Virus record (IMG/VR): IMGVR_UViG_3300012971_000001
Location: 53,451 to 117,450 of that record
Direction: 5' to 3' (one strand)
DNA length: 64,000 nucleotides
From: a virus
The number at the start of each line of letters is the position of its first letter. The stretch's first letter is position 1. Below the pieces are notes generated by a model. That model ran no database searches, was not told where the DNA came from, and saw only the letters and a list, made by a program, of their open reading frames with translations. The translations under genes were made by a program, and so were the position numbers. Shown one piece after another: positions 50,761-60,104 of this stretch.

Positions 50761-51800
50761 TGGCAACAGCAACAGCAGCTACAGCACCCGTGATGATCCG
50801 ACAGCAACTGAGCCTGTCCACCCGCCCGAAGACGTTCGATGAGATGGTGGGGCAGAAGAAAATCACGTCCGCCATCCGGGGACACGTCAAATCAGGGAGG
50901 ACAATCAAGGCCTGGCTGTTCTCCGGTCCAAAGGGGACGGGCAAGACCACGATATCGCGCATCCTTGCGGTATCTTATCAGTGCCCGCACCAGACGCTCT
51001 TCGGCGCGCCGTGCAAGGAGTGCTACAACGGCAAGGCCCAATACCAGATAGAAGAAATAAATACCGCGGATATCTCCACGGTTGACAAGCTGCGGGATAT
51101 GCTGCAGGGATCGTTCTACGGCATCATGGGCGCCGGCAAGTTCCGCGTGTACATCCTGGATGAGTGCCACAGGCTCAGCGATGCAGCACAGCAGCTGCTG
51201 CTGAAATACCTGGAAGACTCACCGGATACGACGGTGTTCATCCTGTGCTCGACGGCACCACACAAGCTGCTGGAGACAGTGCGCTCCAGATGCGTGCCGT
51301 ACGAGATGAGGGAGTTAGAAGCAGATGACATAGCCATTCTGGTAACCCGGTATCTCAAGCGCGCCAAGAGCAGCCTGCCAGCAGACCGGCTTACGGAAGC
51401 CCTGGTCGATCACTATGTCAAGTCGCCACGGTTGATCGCACAGGCGGTAGAAAAGTATACTGCAGGTTTGGACCCGGAGGAAGCAGCGCAGGTGAACGGG
51501 GCCACGGAAATAGACGTGCATACACTCTGCCGCGCCGTCATCAAGGGCGATTGGCAGGACGTGGCGAAGTTTCTCTACAGCGCACAGGAGGCCAACGTGC
51601 GGGCCATCCGCGTGGGCGTCATCGCTTACCTGCGGGTCATTCTGCTCGAGTCACCGGAGCTGGAAGATCGCACCGATGTGGTCGCCAAAGCCATCAGCAC
51701 CCTGTGCAACGTTCAGTACGCGGAAGATATCGTGCAGTCTGGTGCCTTAGCGGCGGAGTTATACAAGTGCTGCAAAATGTTTTCATCCTACCAGCGATGA
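50760..51800 (+). CDS. dnaX: Clamp loader AAA+ subunit (DnaX gamma/tau-like)
   Basis: RPKTFDEMVGQ, GPKGTGKTT, PCKEC, ILDECHRLS, TVRSRC. Confidence 0.92.
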   Translation: MATATAATAPVMIRQQLSLSTRPKTFDEMVGQKKITSAIRGHVKSGRTIKAWLFSGPKGTGKTTISRILAVSYQCPHQTLFGAPCKECYNGKAQYQIEEINTADISTVDKLRDMLQGSFYGIMGAGKFRVYILDECHRLSDAAQQLLLKYLEDSPDTTVFILCSTAPHKLLETVRSRCVPYEMRELEADDIAILVTRYLKRAKSSLPADRLTEALVDHYVKSPRLIAQAVEKYTAGLDPEEAAQVNGATEIDVHTLCRAVIKGDWQDVAKFLYSAQEANVRAIRVGVIAYLRVILLESPELEDRTDVVAKAISTLCNVQYAEDIVQSGALAAELYKCCKMFSSYQR

Positions 51801-51976
51801 TGCTTACCTATATAGTCGGGTGGGATGAACACGGATGGTGGATTCAGTGCAGCATATGTGGGCTGATATCCTACAACGAGAATGATGTGAGGGAGCGCTA
51901 CTGCGGGCATTGCCATATCTTCCATGACCCAATCGGCGGCGCCCCGCGAAGAGACTCAGAAATAATCAGGGAATAG
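51797..51976 (+). CDS. Small Zn-finger protein
   Basis: CSICG..SYN..DVRERYCGHCH. Confidence 0.7.
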   Translation: MMLTYIVGWDEHGWWIQCSICGLISYNENDVRERYCGHCHIFHDPIGGAPRRDSEIIRE

Positions 51977-51979
51977 CCT

Positions 51980-52297
51980 ATGGACTGGCAAGAGCTACAA
52001 CGTTACGGGACTCCGGAAGAAATAGCATTAATGATTGCGCATCTGACCGAAGGCGTGCAGGACGATTTGTACAAGCCCAAGGAATCGCTTGATAAGATCC
52101 TGATCAAGAAGTTCCGTGACGTGCAGGGTTACACGATCAAGGAGTGCGTCAATATCATCAGCCAGCATCTGGAATCAGCAGACCATGAGGACGGCGCCTG
52201 CATGTGCGACCACGATTGCGTGGAAGAAATCCTCCGCCAGATCAAGTACCATTTTGAAATTGAACCGCTGATGTCCTGTTGTTATAACGGCGTATGA
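51980..52297 (+). CDS. Hypothetical protein
   Basis: ORF with SD; CMCDHDC. Confidence 0.55.
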   Translation: MDWQELQRYGTPEEIALMIAHLTEGVQDDLYKPKESLDKILIKKFRDVQGYTIKECVNIISQHLESADHEDGACMCDHDCVEEILRQIKYHFEIEPLMSCCYNGV

Positions 52298-52386
52298 TGT
52301 GCTTTTACGTGTTAGAATTATGCTGTAATCCGATGATGATGTGGAGGCTGATCAGCATAGATGAGATTGCTTTTTGTATCTGAAAG

Positions 52387-52929
52387 ATGATGGGAGTGAG
52401 ATTAGGGTTGGGCAGGCACCGCGAAACGGATTTAAAGCGACGATTTTTTAGCCACGTAGATAGAGAATCCTCACCTATAGGTTGCTGGCTGTGGATTGGT
52501 TCCCGCCGTGGAACTAATACGTGCCCTTACGGCGACATACGAATACGAATAGGTGGTAAGCTAGAACGCTGTGCCCATCGCATATCGTACATTTGGTTTG
52601 TTGGGCCGGTGCCAGACGACTTGCTGGTCTTGCATAAGCCATTCTGCAATAATCCACTTTGTGTAAATCCTGCTCACCTGTATTTAGGCACCTATAAGCA
52701 AAACATGGCTGATATGATCGGACTAGGCCATCATATATCCAGATTGCATCCAGAAAAGATATGTCGTGGTGAACAGGTAGGTGCTTCCAAAATGACAGCT
52801 TTTAAAGTTAGAATAGCTCGCTCACTATACCGACGAGGTATGGGCAGATCGACGATAGCGAAGTTGATGGGGATTCACTACAATACACTGACGGCGATTG
52901 TTCACTTTAAAACTTGGCAGCATATATGA
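52387..52929 (+). CDS. HNH endonuclease with HTH (copy 7)
   Basis: DRESSPIGCWLW, CNNPLCVNPAHL..N, KTWQHI. Confidence 0.9.
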   Translation: MMGVRLGLGRHRETDLKRRFFSHVDRESSPIGCWLWIGSRRGTNTCPYGDIRIRIGGKLERCAHRISYIWFVGPVPDDLLVLHKPFCNNPLCVNPAHLYLGTYKQNMADMIGLGHHISRLHPEKICRGEQVGASKMTAFKVRIARSLYRRGMGRSTIAKLMGIHYNTLTAIVHFKTWQHI

Positions 52930-55733
52930 AGCTATTATTAACATCCGATAGCCAGACCAGATTTTCGAATCTGCCTGAGTCAGAGACAATGCTAGATGAA
53001 TTGCTGGCTGCTGCTGAGAAATACCGCCCGGATGCAATACTACATGCAGGTGATGCAAAAGATGAGTACGATCCCGTCGCGTTGTTAGTGGTCAAATTTT
53101 GGGTGAGGGCAGTTAGGCGCATAAAGGATGCTGGTTTCCGGTTCATCATGCTGAAAGGGAATCATGATAGGATTTCTCAATCTGCTACATCCAAAGATTG
53201 GCTAGATATCCTGCGGGCAGCAGGCGCAGAAACGGTGTCGCAGCCGCGCACGAAGATGATCAACGGCGAGCTGCTGGGCTTACTCCCGTTCACCGGAGAC
53301 AAGAAGCAAGAAATAGAGTGGGCCGCGCAGTTAGCAGATGAGCGCAGAGCTTACGGCAGCAACACAAGCGTGCTGGTATTCCACACCGAGCTAGCCGGAG
53401 CAGCGTTGAACTCAGCAGGCCTCCCGGCGACGGGCAACACGCTGGAAGACCTTTGCATGGATGAGTGGACAATCTGCCTGGGCGGCCACTTACACCAGCA
53501 CCAGCAGGTAGCGGGCTCGAACGTGTGGTACATCGGCTCACCGTTCACGCAAGACTGGGGAGAAGTAAACGCCAAGAAGGGCCACTTACTCTTAGACGCC
53601 TCACCTGAGTCGATCAAGATGAAGAGGATCGTGACCACGATTCCGCACTGGTATGATACCGAGTTTCTAGAGGCCCGTGGGCTTACTCCAGAAAAAGGTG
53701 CGTACATCCGGTCCCGCGTGCCTGTAGCCAGCAAGAAGATACAGGACCGGCTCAGAGAAGAAGAAATCCGGCTCCGCAAGCTGTGGGGCGATGGTGTCCG
53801 GTTGTATGTGGTGCCCAAGCTGGAGCCGGAGCCAGAAGCGCCTGCGGTGCTCAAGGGCGCTTCCGATAAAGAGAAGATCTACCAGTACGTTGCCGCGGTT
53901 ATCCCCGAGGGTGCCCGGTTCACTGCCAAGAAGGTCGCGAAGTATCTCCTGTCGAGGCTGCTGGCGACGGCGCCTGAGGGACGTGGACCGCAGCTCCGGT
54001 TTCTTAAAATCGAGGCTGACAACGTCTTACTGTTCCCTGAGATCGGTTTTTCGTACGACAAGCAGGGGCTGGTCCTGTTACGCGGGAAAAACCTGGATTG
54101 GCACAACCGCTCAAACGGAGCAGGCAAGACGTCAGCGTTGTCACTGCTTCCGATAGCACTGTTCGGTCAGACGCTGAAAGGGCAGAAGGCAGATGCCTGG
54201 GCTTCGGAGCGGGATGACAAGAAAGCCACTGTCCGGCTTACGCTGCGGGACGAGAAGAACCAAAAGATAGAAGTGGTCCGCACGCGCCGTCCGCATAGCA
54301 TCAGGTTGCATATCAACGGAGCAGATCGGTCGACGGGCATACGGGGCGTGGGCAAGGAAGAGACGCAGGGCAAGATACAGCAGTTAGTCGGCTATGACCT
54401 GCGCATGTTACAGAACGCGGTGTACATCGACCAGACCGTAGCCAACGGATTCGTGTTCGGCGGCGAAGCAGACCGCATGTCTCTCATCAGCCGCTTTCAG
54501 GATTTAGATCGCTTTGATAAAGCACGGGATCTGGTCAATGACGAAATCAAGCGCTCGGACGCGTACGTCGCGCAGCTGCACGAGAGGGAAGAAGGGCTTA
54601 CCGATGAGATAGAACGCCTGGAAGATGAAATCAAGGACTGGAGCGCGCAGATTGTCACCGAATGGACGTCGCAGGCAGCGATGCTGAAGACAGCAATCAA
54701 GGGATACGAAGCTGAGCTCAGCAAGCTAGCCAAGAAGAAAAAGAGTATTGATAGGCTGAGAGCAGAAGCAGATGAGCTGGATGACGCAGTGATCGATCTG
54801 TCCAGCAAGGTCAGCAAGATATCCGGTTTCTATGACATGGCCAAGAAGCAGCTTAGGATCCACGAGCAGCTAGCTGCAGATGAGAAGTGTTATGTCTGCC
54901 AGCAGCCAGCACAGGATATCGGTGTGAAGATGCTGGAAAAAGATAGAGCAGACATGGCCGAGATGGAAGAGATGGGCTCTACTGCTCAACGGGTACTTAT
55001 AGCTAAGAAGACACGTTTGCGATCGATCAGAGAAGACATTACCAGTTACGAGTTAGCTTGTACGGAAGTAGATACAGATTTGCGCATTGCCCGGGGCAAC
55101 CTAGCCAATGCAGAGAAGGGTGCGGCCCAGGAAGCAGAGAGAAATGAAAATGCCATAGCAGCAAAGGCCAAGCTGGAGAAAACGCTGCTAACGCAGAAGC
55201 GTCTGCTGGTAGCCTGTCAGTCGGCAGTAAAGAACCAGGAAGTGGACTACGAGATGCTTCTGTTCTGCAGGAAGGCATTCAGCCGGGACGGGATACCGCT
55301 CTACATAGCAGCATCGCTGTGTCCGTTGCTAAACACAGCTGCAGACGAGTTCTCCGAGTTGTTCTTTGACGGCGTGTTAAAGGTTCGCTTCGCAGTGGAA
55401 GATGGTAACTTCCGCGTGGATGTACTCAATTCAGCGGGCAGTGACACGCTAAAAGGGCAGTCGGTTGGTGAGTCGGCCATGGCTGGAGTTATAGCTGCAT
55501 TTGCCTTGAGAGAAGTAGCTCCCAAGACGAACTTGTTAATTCTTGATGAACCTGCACACGGGCTAGACCCTGAAGGATGTAGAAAATTTGCTCGTGGGTT
55601 GCTGCAGCTCAAATCACGCTACGATACGATTTTCGTAACTACGCATTCTCCTATAATCGAATCTGTTTTAGCAGGTGAAAGGGTTTGGACTATTGAAAAG
55701 GAAAATGGCTACTCCAGACTTATCCAAGATTAA
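52926..55733 (+). CDS. Fused SbcD (Mre11)-SbcC (Rad50) nuclease/ATPase
   Basis: AGD, GNHD and GHLH phosphoesterase motifs; NGAGKT Walker A, CYVC hook, QSVGE signature, LILDEP, VTTH. Confidence 0.88.
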   Translation: MKLLLTSDSQTRFSNLPESETMLDELLAAAEKYRPDAILHAGDAKDEYDPVALLVVKFWVRAVRRIKDAGFRFIMLKGNHDRISQSATSKDWLDILRAAGAETVSQPRTKMINGELLGLLPFTGDKKQEIEWAAQLADERRAYGSNTSVLVFHTELAGAALNSAGLPATGNTLEDLCMDEWTICLGGHLHQHQQVAGSNVWYIGSPFTQDWGEVNAKKGHLLLDASPESIKMKRIVTTIPHWYDTEFLEARGLTPEKGAYIRSRVPVASKKIQDRLREEEIRLRKLWGDGVRLYVVPKLEPEPEAPAVLKGASDKEKIYQYVAAVIPEGARFTAKKVAKYLLSRLLATAPEGRGPQLRFLKIEADNVLLFPEIGFSYDKQGLVLLRGKNLDWHNRSNGAGKTSALSLLPIALFGQTLKGQKADAWASERDDKKATVRLTLRDEKNQKIEVVRTRRPHSIRLHINGADRSTGIRGVGKEETQGKIQQLVGYDLRMLQNAVYIDQTVANGFVFGGEADRMSLISRFQDLDRFDKARDLVNDEIKRSDAYVAQLHEREEGLTDEIERLEDEIKDWSAQIVTEWTSQAAMLKTAIKGYEAELSKLAKKKKSIDRLRAEADELDDAVIDLSSKVSKISGFYDMAKKQLRIHEQLAADEKCYVCQQPAQDIGVKMLEKDRADMAEMEEMGSTAQRVLIAKKTRLRSIREDITSYELACTEVDTDLRIARGNLANAEKGAAQEAERNENAIAAKAKLEKTLLTQKRLLVACQSAVKNQEVDYEMLLFCRKAFSRDGIPLYIAASLCPLLNTAADEFSELFFDGVLKVRFAVEDGNFRVDVLNSAGSDTLKGQSVGESAMAGVIAAFALREVAPKTNLLILDEPAHGLDPEGCRKFARGLLQLKSRYDTIFVTTHSPIIESVLAGERVWTIEKENGYSRLIQD

Positions 55734-56190
55734 GCAAAAGTTTTTTGCGCTTACTGTTGCTGTTGAAGAATGTCTGGTGTGGATAGGACCTGTAGATAAG
55801 GATGGTTATGGGATGTTCCGCTTACGCATGCCAGATGGTAAGCTGGAGCTTCGCTCACATCGGGTTGCTTATATTTTTAAGTATGGGGCTATTCCAAAAG
55901 GTGTGAGTATATGTCATGCTCGCATTTGCTGTAAGAAGGAATCTTGTGTGAATGTAGATCATCTATACGCCGGTGATAATTCTACTAATATGCAAGATCG
56001 TGCGTCTTTTGGCTACGCTGTACGTGGAGAGCAGAATGGTGCAGCTGTATTGAATTCTTTGCAGGTAAGAGTAATCCGCTTTTTATTTTGGCGTAGAAAT
56101 TGGAGCCAGCGACACATAGCAAAGACGCTCAGCATAAGCTCAGCAACTGTGAGCCTTGTGATACTGCGAAAGATATGGAAGCATGTCTAG
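55705..56190 (+). CDS. HNH endonuclease with HTH (copy 8)
   Basis: CLVWIG, RMPDG, SHR, CVNVDHL..N, LQVRVIR, RKIWKHV. Confidence 0.88.
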   Translation: MATPDLSKIKQKFFALTVAVEECLVWIGPVDKDGYGMFRLRMPDGKLELRSHRVAYIFKYGAIPKGVSICHARICCKKESCVNVDHLYAGDNSTNMQDRASFGYAVRGEQNGAAVLNSLQVRVIRFLFWRRNWSQRHIAKTLSISSATVSLVILRKIWKHV

Positions 56191-56252
56191 CCATCTGATC
56201 CAAGACTAGCCTCACGCCGCGCAGATTTCCTGTTACTATTCAACTAATTAAT

Positions 56253-57362
56253 ATGAATTTGTACTACCTTCCGGTGGAGAGATATAAGAATCGCTGGACC
56301 GAGTATGTCAGTGGTTCATGCGGTATGTTTTCCCGTGCAGTGCTTGACTTAAAGAGGAACATAGCCGTAACGGCGTTGGTGCCTGATGAAATGTTACGGG
56401 AGATTCGGCAAGGTGCCGTGCTTGACGTTTACGAGCGCACTAAGTATGCATTCTGGCAAGTGCAGGAGCTACTGCATCTGATCGAGATCGGGCGTATTGA
56501 TAGCCGGGATGTAATCTACATCGAGGACTTTTGGCACCCGGGCTTTGAAATGATCCCGTACGCCTGCCACATAGCAGGTATCAAACCCAGCGTGTACGCC
56601 TTCTGCCATGCCCAATCGGTCGATCCGAACGACTTCACGCATCCGATGTGGCACTGGATGCGGCCGATGGAGATCGGCTGGGCCAACTGGCTGACTGGGA
56701 TATTCGTTGCAGCAAAAGAGCTCAAGCAGATGCTGGTGGAAAACGCAGTAGCCCCGCCAAGGAAAGTGCATGTAACCGGCACGGTCATGCGACGGCAAAC
56801 GCTGATAGACTTCGATTGGATCGACGATGTGAAGGGCGCCAGGCTGCCGATAGTGGTGTTTGCATCGCGGCCAGACCCGGAAAAGTGTCCCGAGTTCTTT
56901 TTCAGCGTAGCCGAGAAGCTGCAAGACTCAGATATCGAGTTTCTCTATCTGTCCGGCAGAGAGTTGCCGGAGAGCATATGCAAGGCTGCTGAAAAGGCGG
57001 GTGTCGGCGTGCTGGACAACATCAGCAAGCGGGAGTACTTTCAACATTTGCAAACCGCATCACTCGCCTTCAATTGTGCCAAGCAAGATTTCGTCGGCTA
57101 CTGCCAGCTAGATGCACTAGCTGCCGGATGTCCGGTGCTGTGCCCTAACTATCTCACCTTTCCCGATTTGATGCGGCATGATGGGCGTTACCTGTACAAG
57201 GCGGGCGATATAAACGATGCCTGTGACCACATTCGGGCCATCGTCAGTACCACAGCCGGGACGCCTGCCGGGAGAAAAGAGGTGCCTGGACTGTATTCGC
57301 GTTTCGGCGATCACTACGAGCACAGCGTAAGACGAATGATGAAAATCATGTACCCGGAGTAG
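56253..57362 (+). CDS. GT-B fold glycosyltransferase
   Basis: EDFWHPG, VFASRPDPEK, QDFVGY..LDALAAGCPVLCP. Confidence 0.85.
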   Translation: MNLYYLPVERYKNRWTEYVSGSCGMFSRAVLDLKRNIAVTALVPDEMLREIRQGAVLDVYERTKYAFWQVQELLHLIEIGRIDSRDVIYIEDFWHPGFEMIPYACHIAGIKPSVYAFCHAQSVDPNDFTHPMWHWMRPMEIGWANWLTGIFVAAKELKQMLVENAVAPPRKVHVTGTVMRRQTLIDFDWIDDVKGARLPIVVFASRPDPEKCPEFFFSVAEKLQDSDIEFLYLSGRELPESICKAAEKAGVGVLDNISKREYFQHLQTASLAFNCAKQDFVGYCQLDALAAGCPVLCPNYLTFPDLMRHDGRYLYKAGDINDACDHIRAIVSTTAGTPAGRKEVPGLYSRFGDHYEHSVRRMMKIMYPE

Positions 57363-57388
57363 GCTTTTTATGATGAGGGGAGTTGAAG

Positions 57389-57811
57389 ATGAAGATAGTA
57401 ATTGTCGGGGCCAAAGACAGAACCTCACCTGCCGACAAGCAAGATGTAGACAGATTGATCGAGCTTGCGGCTTTGCACTATCCCGATTGCGTTATCGTCA
57501 CAGCATTCGCATACGGTGGCATCGGGCAATTCGTAAAAGAAAAGTGTCTCGAAAAGGATGACAGCGGGCAGTTCAAGTACCAGCTGATAGAGTGCTCTTT
57601 GCGCACGTATACTCGCTCGCTTACCCGCATAGAGTACGGCGAGGTCTGTGTCGCCATGAACGCCATGCTGTTCGAGCTGGGTGACGTGTTCTACCACTTT
57701 GCCAGCACGGACAGACGGGGCACCCTGGAAGAGCTGATTACGGAACGAGTATTGCCACAAAGCCGCCCGTTTAAGATATTTCTACCCGGCGAAGATATCG
57801 CTGTTATCTAG
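57389..57811 (+). CDS. SLOG-superfamily-like protein
   Basis: MKIVIVGAKDR N-terminus, GG, N..L, RRGT pattern. Confidence 0.45.
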   Translation: MKIVIVGAKDRTSPADKQDVDRLIELAALHYPDCVIVTAFAYGGIGQFVKEKCLEKDDSGQFKYQLIECSLRTYTRSLTRIEYGEVCVAMNAMLFELGDVFYHFASTDRRGTLEELITERVLPQSRPFKIFLPGEDIAVI

Positions 57812-57860
57812 AAGCCTTCGGACCTTCCGCTTCGAAGCGGATTGTAATAGACTGTGATTT

Positions 57861-58265
57861 ATGGCAATGACATTACTCGAAAGCGATTACGCAAAGTGGG
57901 CGTTAGAAAACGCCAAAGCAATTAGAAACGGCCAGCCGTTCGACTCGATCCGGGTAGCAGAGCAGCTGGAGCTGCTAGCTATCACCGAGGACCTTGAGCT
58001 ATGCTCCCGGTTCGCAGACATCATCGAGCTTAAGCTGGCCATAGACGCAGGGCACAACGAACGGCAGGAAAGGGCAGCCGTTCACCGGAATCAGATGTAC
58101 ATCAAAACGCTTCTGAATCGCAGCCCATCATTAAAGGAGCAACTGACTCCGAAGCTGATGAGGGCAGCATACGAGCAGGGCAAGAATATCTATGCCATCC
58201 GGTACAGCATAATGTCATCGCCTCTGGTCTGCCCGTACAGCTGGGAAGAGCTGATCGGTGAATGA
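57861..58265 (+). CDS. DUF29-like protein
   Basis: ESDYAKWA..A..IR, LLNRSPSLK, CPYSWEELI. Confidence 0.7.
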   Translation: MAMTLLESDYAKWALENAKAIRNGQPFDSIRVAEQLELLAITEDLELCSRFADIIELKLAIDAGHNERQERAAVHRNQMYIKTLLNRSPSLKEQLTPKLMRAAYEQGKNIYAIRYSIMSSPLVCPYSWEELIGE

Positions 58266-58815
58266 GCGCATCCTGCTCCAGCGGATCGGCGAGCATCTGC
58301 CCGACATGCTCTATGAAAGACTCCATCGCAGAGATCTGTGCATATTCGCCACACGCATTGCCGTAGAAGTCGGTGCCTACTTCGGCGTCAAAGTAATCCC
58401 GGTGCCAACGCAGGTGGTGCTCTACAACGCCGCATTCAAGCGGCACCTGGATGCAGGCGATGAACCTGATATCAAGCGGTGGGTTGCTGAAGACGGTTCG
58501 TACAGCCTGGGTGTGGGCCTTTCAGAAAAAGACGACCCCGGCATGTGGAACGGCCATCTGGTAGCCGTAGCCGGTGACTATTTCGGCGACTACACGATCA
58601 ACCAAGCCGAGCGTCTGGAGCACGGGATCGTGATCGGTGGGGCAGTGGTGGGTCCGTTGTCGGCCAATCGACACCACTGGACGGCCGAGAACGATGCGGG
58701 AACGCATATCGAGTGGAGACGCATCAACCGTAACGACTACGTGGGCGCAGCAGACTGGCGCAAGTCGGAGCGTTGGAAGCCGCTAGTTGGCTCGGTAATA
58801 CGCTGCCTCAAGTGA
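58258..58815 (+). CDS. Hypothetical protein
   Basis: Overlapping ORF; C..WNGHLV..D may be a transglutaminase-like triad. Confidence 0.6.
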   Translation: MNERILLQRIGEHLPDMLYERLHRRDLCIFATRIAVEVGAYFGVKVIPVPTQVVLYNAAFKRHLDAGDEPDIKRWVAEDGSYSLGVGLSEKDDPGMWNGHLVAVAGDYFGDYTINQAERLEHGIVIGGAVVGPLSANRHHWTAENDAGTHIEWRRINRNDYVGAADWRKSERWKPLVGSVIRCLK

Positions 58816-58861
58816 CCCAATTCGTTAGTATCCTGGATCGGAAAATATTTTCATTTCGGAC

Positions 58862-58890
58862 TTGTCAACACGGGTTTGAACCCGTACAAT
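58862..58890 (+). promoter_or_regulatory. Sigma70-type promoter with dyad operator (copy A)
   Basis: TTGTCA-17-TACAAT; CACGGGTT-tg-AACCCGTA. Confidence 0.85.
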
Positions 58891-58927
58891 GGAGAAGTAT
58901 CACAACCGATGAGGAGTTCAAACAACG

Positions 58928-59767
58928 ATGGAAGATAATACAATCCAAAAGCTCAAAAAGATGATCGCGCATCAGCAGAGCGCGGCAGCATTGGGCAACA
59001 CGGCTGAAGCAGAGGCGTTCGCCCAACGCATTCAGCAGTGGCTTACAAAGCACAAGCTCTCGATGTCGGACCTCCAGGCCAAGGAAGAAGAAAAAGAGGG
59101 TGTTTCGTCTGGTCTTGCCGTAGACCCGCGTAGGTTCGGTATGAAGGACAAGGACGACATGATCCCGTGGTTGCTCACGCTGGCCCACAACATTGCCAAG
59201 GTCAACGACTGCGAAATCCTGGTCAACACGAAAGTCCGGAACGCGACCAAAGCTGAGCAAAAGAAAACCGGCAAGTTCTACGCGTCGCAGACGACCAATC
59301 AGTTCGTGTTTGTCGGCATCGAAACCGACCGCCTGGTGGCCGAGGAGCTGTATGTCTATATGGCCAAGCTGGCGTGGGAGATGGCAGGTAAAGAGGGCGA
59401 TCGGCTGAAGGAGAGTTTCCGCGCCGAGATCATGCTCAAGCTTGGGAAGTGCGCAGGTGGTCACCTGTCGGCCAAGCTACACGATTTTCGCCACTCGTTC
59501 TGCAAGGGCTTCGCGAAGGCCGTCACGGAACGCCTGGTAGCTGCCCGGGAGAAAGAAAAGGCGGCAGCACAGGCAGCCTCCAACACCGAAACCGGGTTGA
59601 TGGTGATCGATCGGCGGGCGCTGATGGTCCGTACCTACATGGAGAAGAACTCGACCAAGTCAGCCAATGCCAGCTTCTACGGCGCGGGCAAGACCAACAT
59701 CGGCTTCGCGCTGGGATTTGACCGGGGCAGCAAGGTAGTGTTGACCTCGAAGACGGTCAACAAATAA
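58928..59767 (+). CDS. DUF2786-domain protein
   Basis: IQKLKKMIA..GNTAEAEAFAQRIQQWLTKHKLS; GAGGAG SD. Confidence 0.8.
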   Translation: MEDNTIQKLKKMIAHQQSAAALGNTAEAEAFAQRIQQWLTKHKLSMSDLQAKEEEKEGVSSGLAVDPRRFGMKDKDDMIPWLLTLAHNIAKVNDCEILVNTKVRNATKAEQKKTGKFYASQTTNQFVFVGIETDRLVAEELYVYMAKLAWEMAGKEGDRLKESFRAEIMLKLGKCAGGHLSAKLHDFRHSFCKGFAKAVTERLVAAREKEKAAAQAASNTETGLMVIDRRALMVRTYMEKNSTKSANASFYGAGKTNIGFALGFDRGSKVVLTSKTVNK

Positions 59768-59801
59768 AGGGCGGGCGGGCACGACCCGCCCTGAAGGAGA
59801 T

Positions 59802-60011
59802 ATGAGACATTTCAAGCTAGTGCAAGTGCAGCGTGTCCCGCCACATCGGGTGCTGCTGGAGTTCGACCGTGCCACTGAGGTGTCTGCCGTAGGCTACGCC
59901 GAGAAAGAAGCCAGTTTTCGGAACCTGAACGGCGAGCTGGAGCTATGGGAAACCGTTGACCAGAAGGACCACCTGATATCGCGCGTGGTTCCTAAAAGGA
60001 AGAACAGATGA
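59802..60011 (+). CDS. Small hypothetical protein
   Basis: AAGGAG SD. Confidence 0.65.
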   Translation: MRHFKLVQVQRVPPHRVLLEFDRATEVSAVGYAEKEASFRNLNGELELWETVDQKDHLISRVVPKRKNR

Positions 60012-60057
60012 AGAGATTATCAGTAAAGCAGGTGCTGCTGCGGTAGCGTAAGATTTC

Positions 60058-60087
60058 TTGCGCACACGTTCTAACCTGTGTTAGACT
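60058..60087 (+). promoter_or_regulatory. Promoter with dyad operator (copy B)
   Basis: TTGCGC-18-TAGACT; CACACGTT-ct-AACCTGTG. Confidence 0.8.
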
Positions 60088-60104
60088 TCAGTTATGGAGA
60101 TCAA

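Noticed and set aside
6030-56190. HNH genes as group I intron or intein cargo
   Set aside because: Flanking genes look complete on each side; no P/Q/R/S intron core or intein C..HN ends recognised
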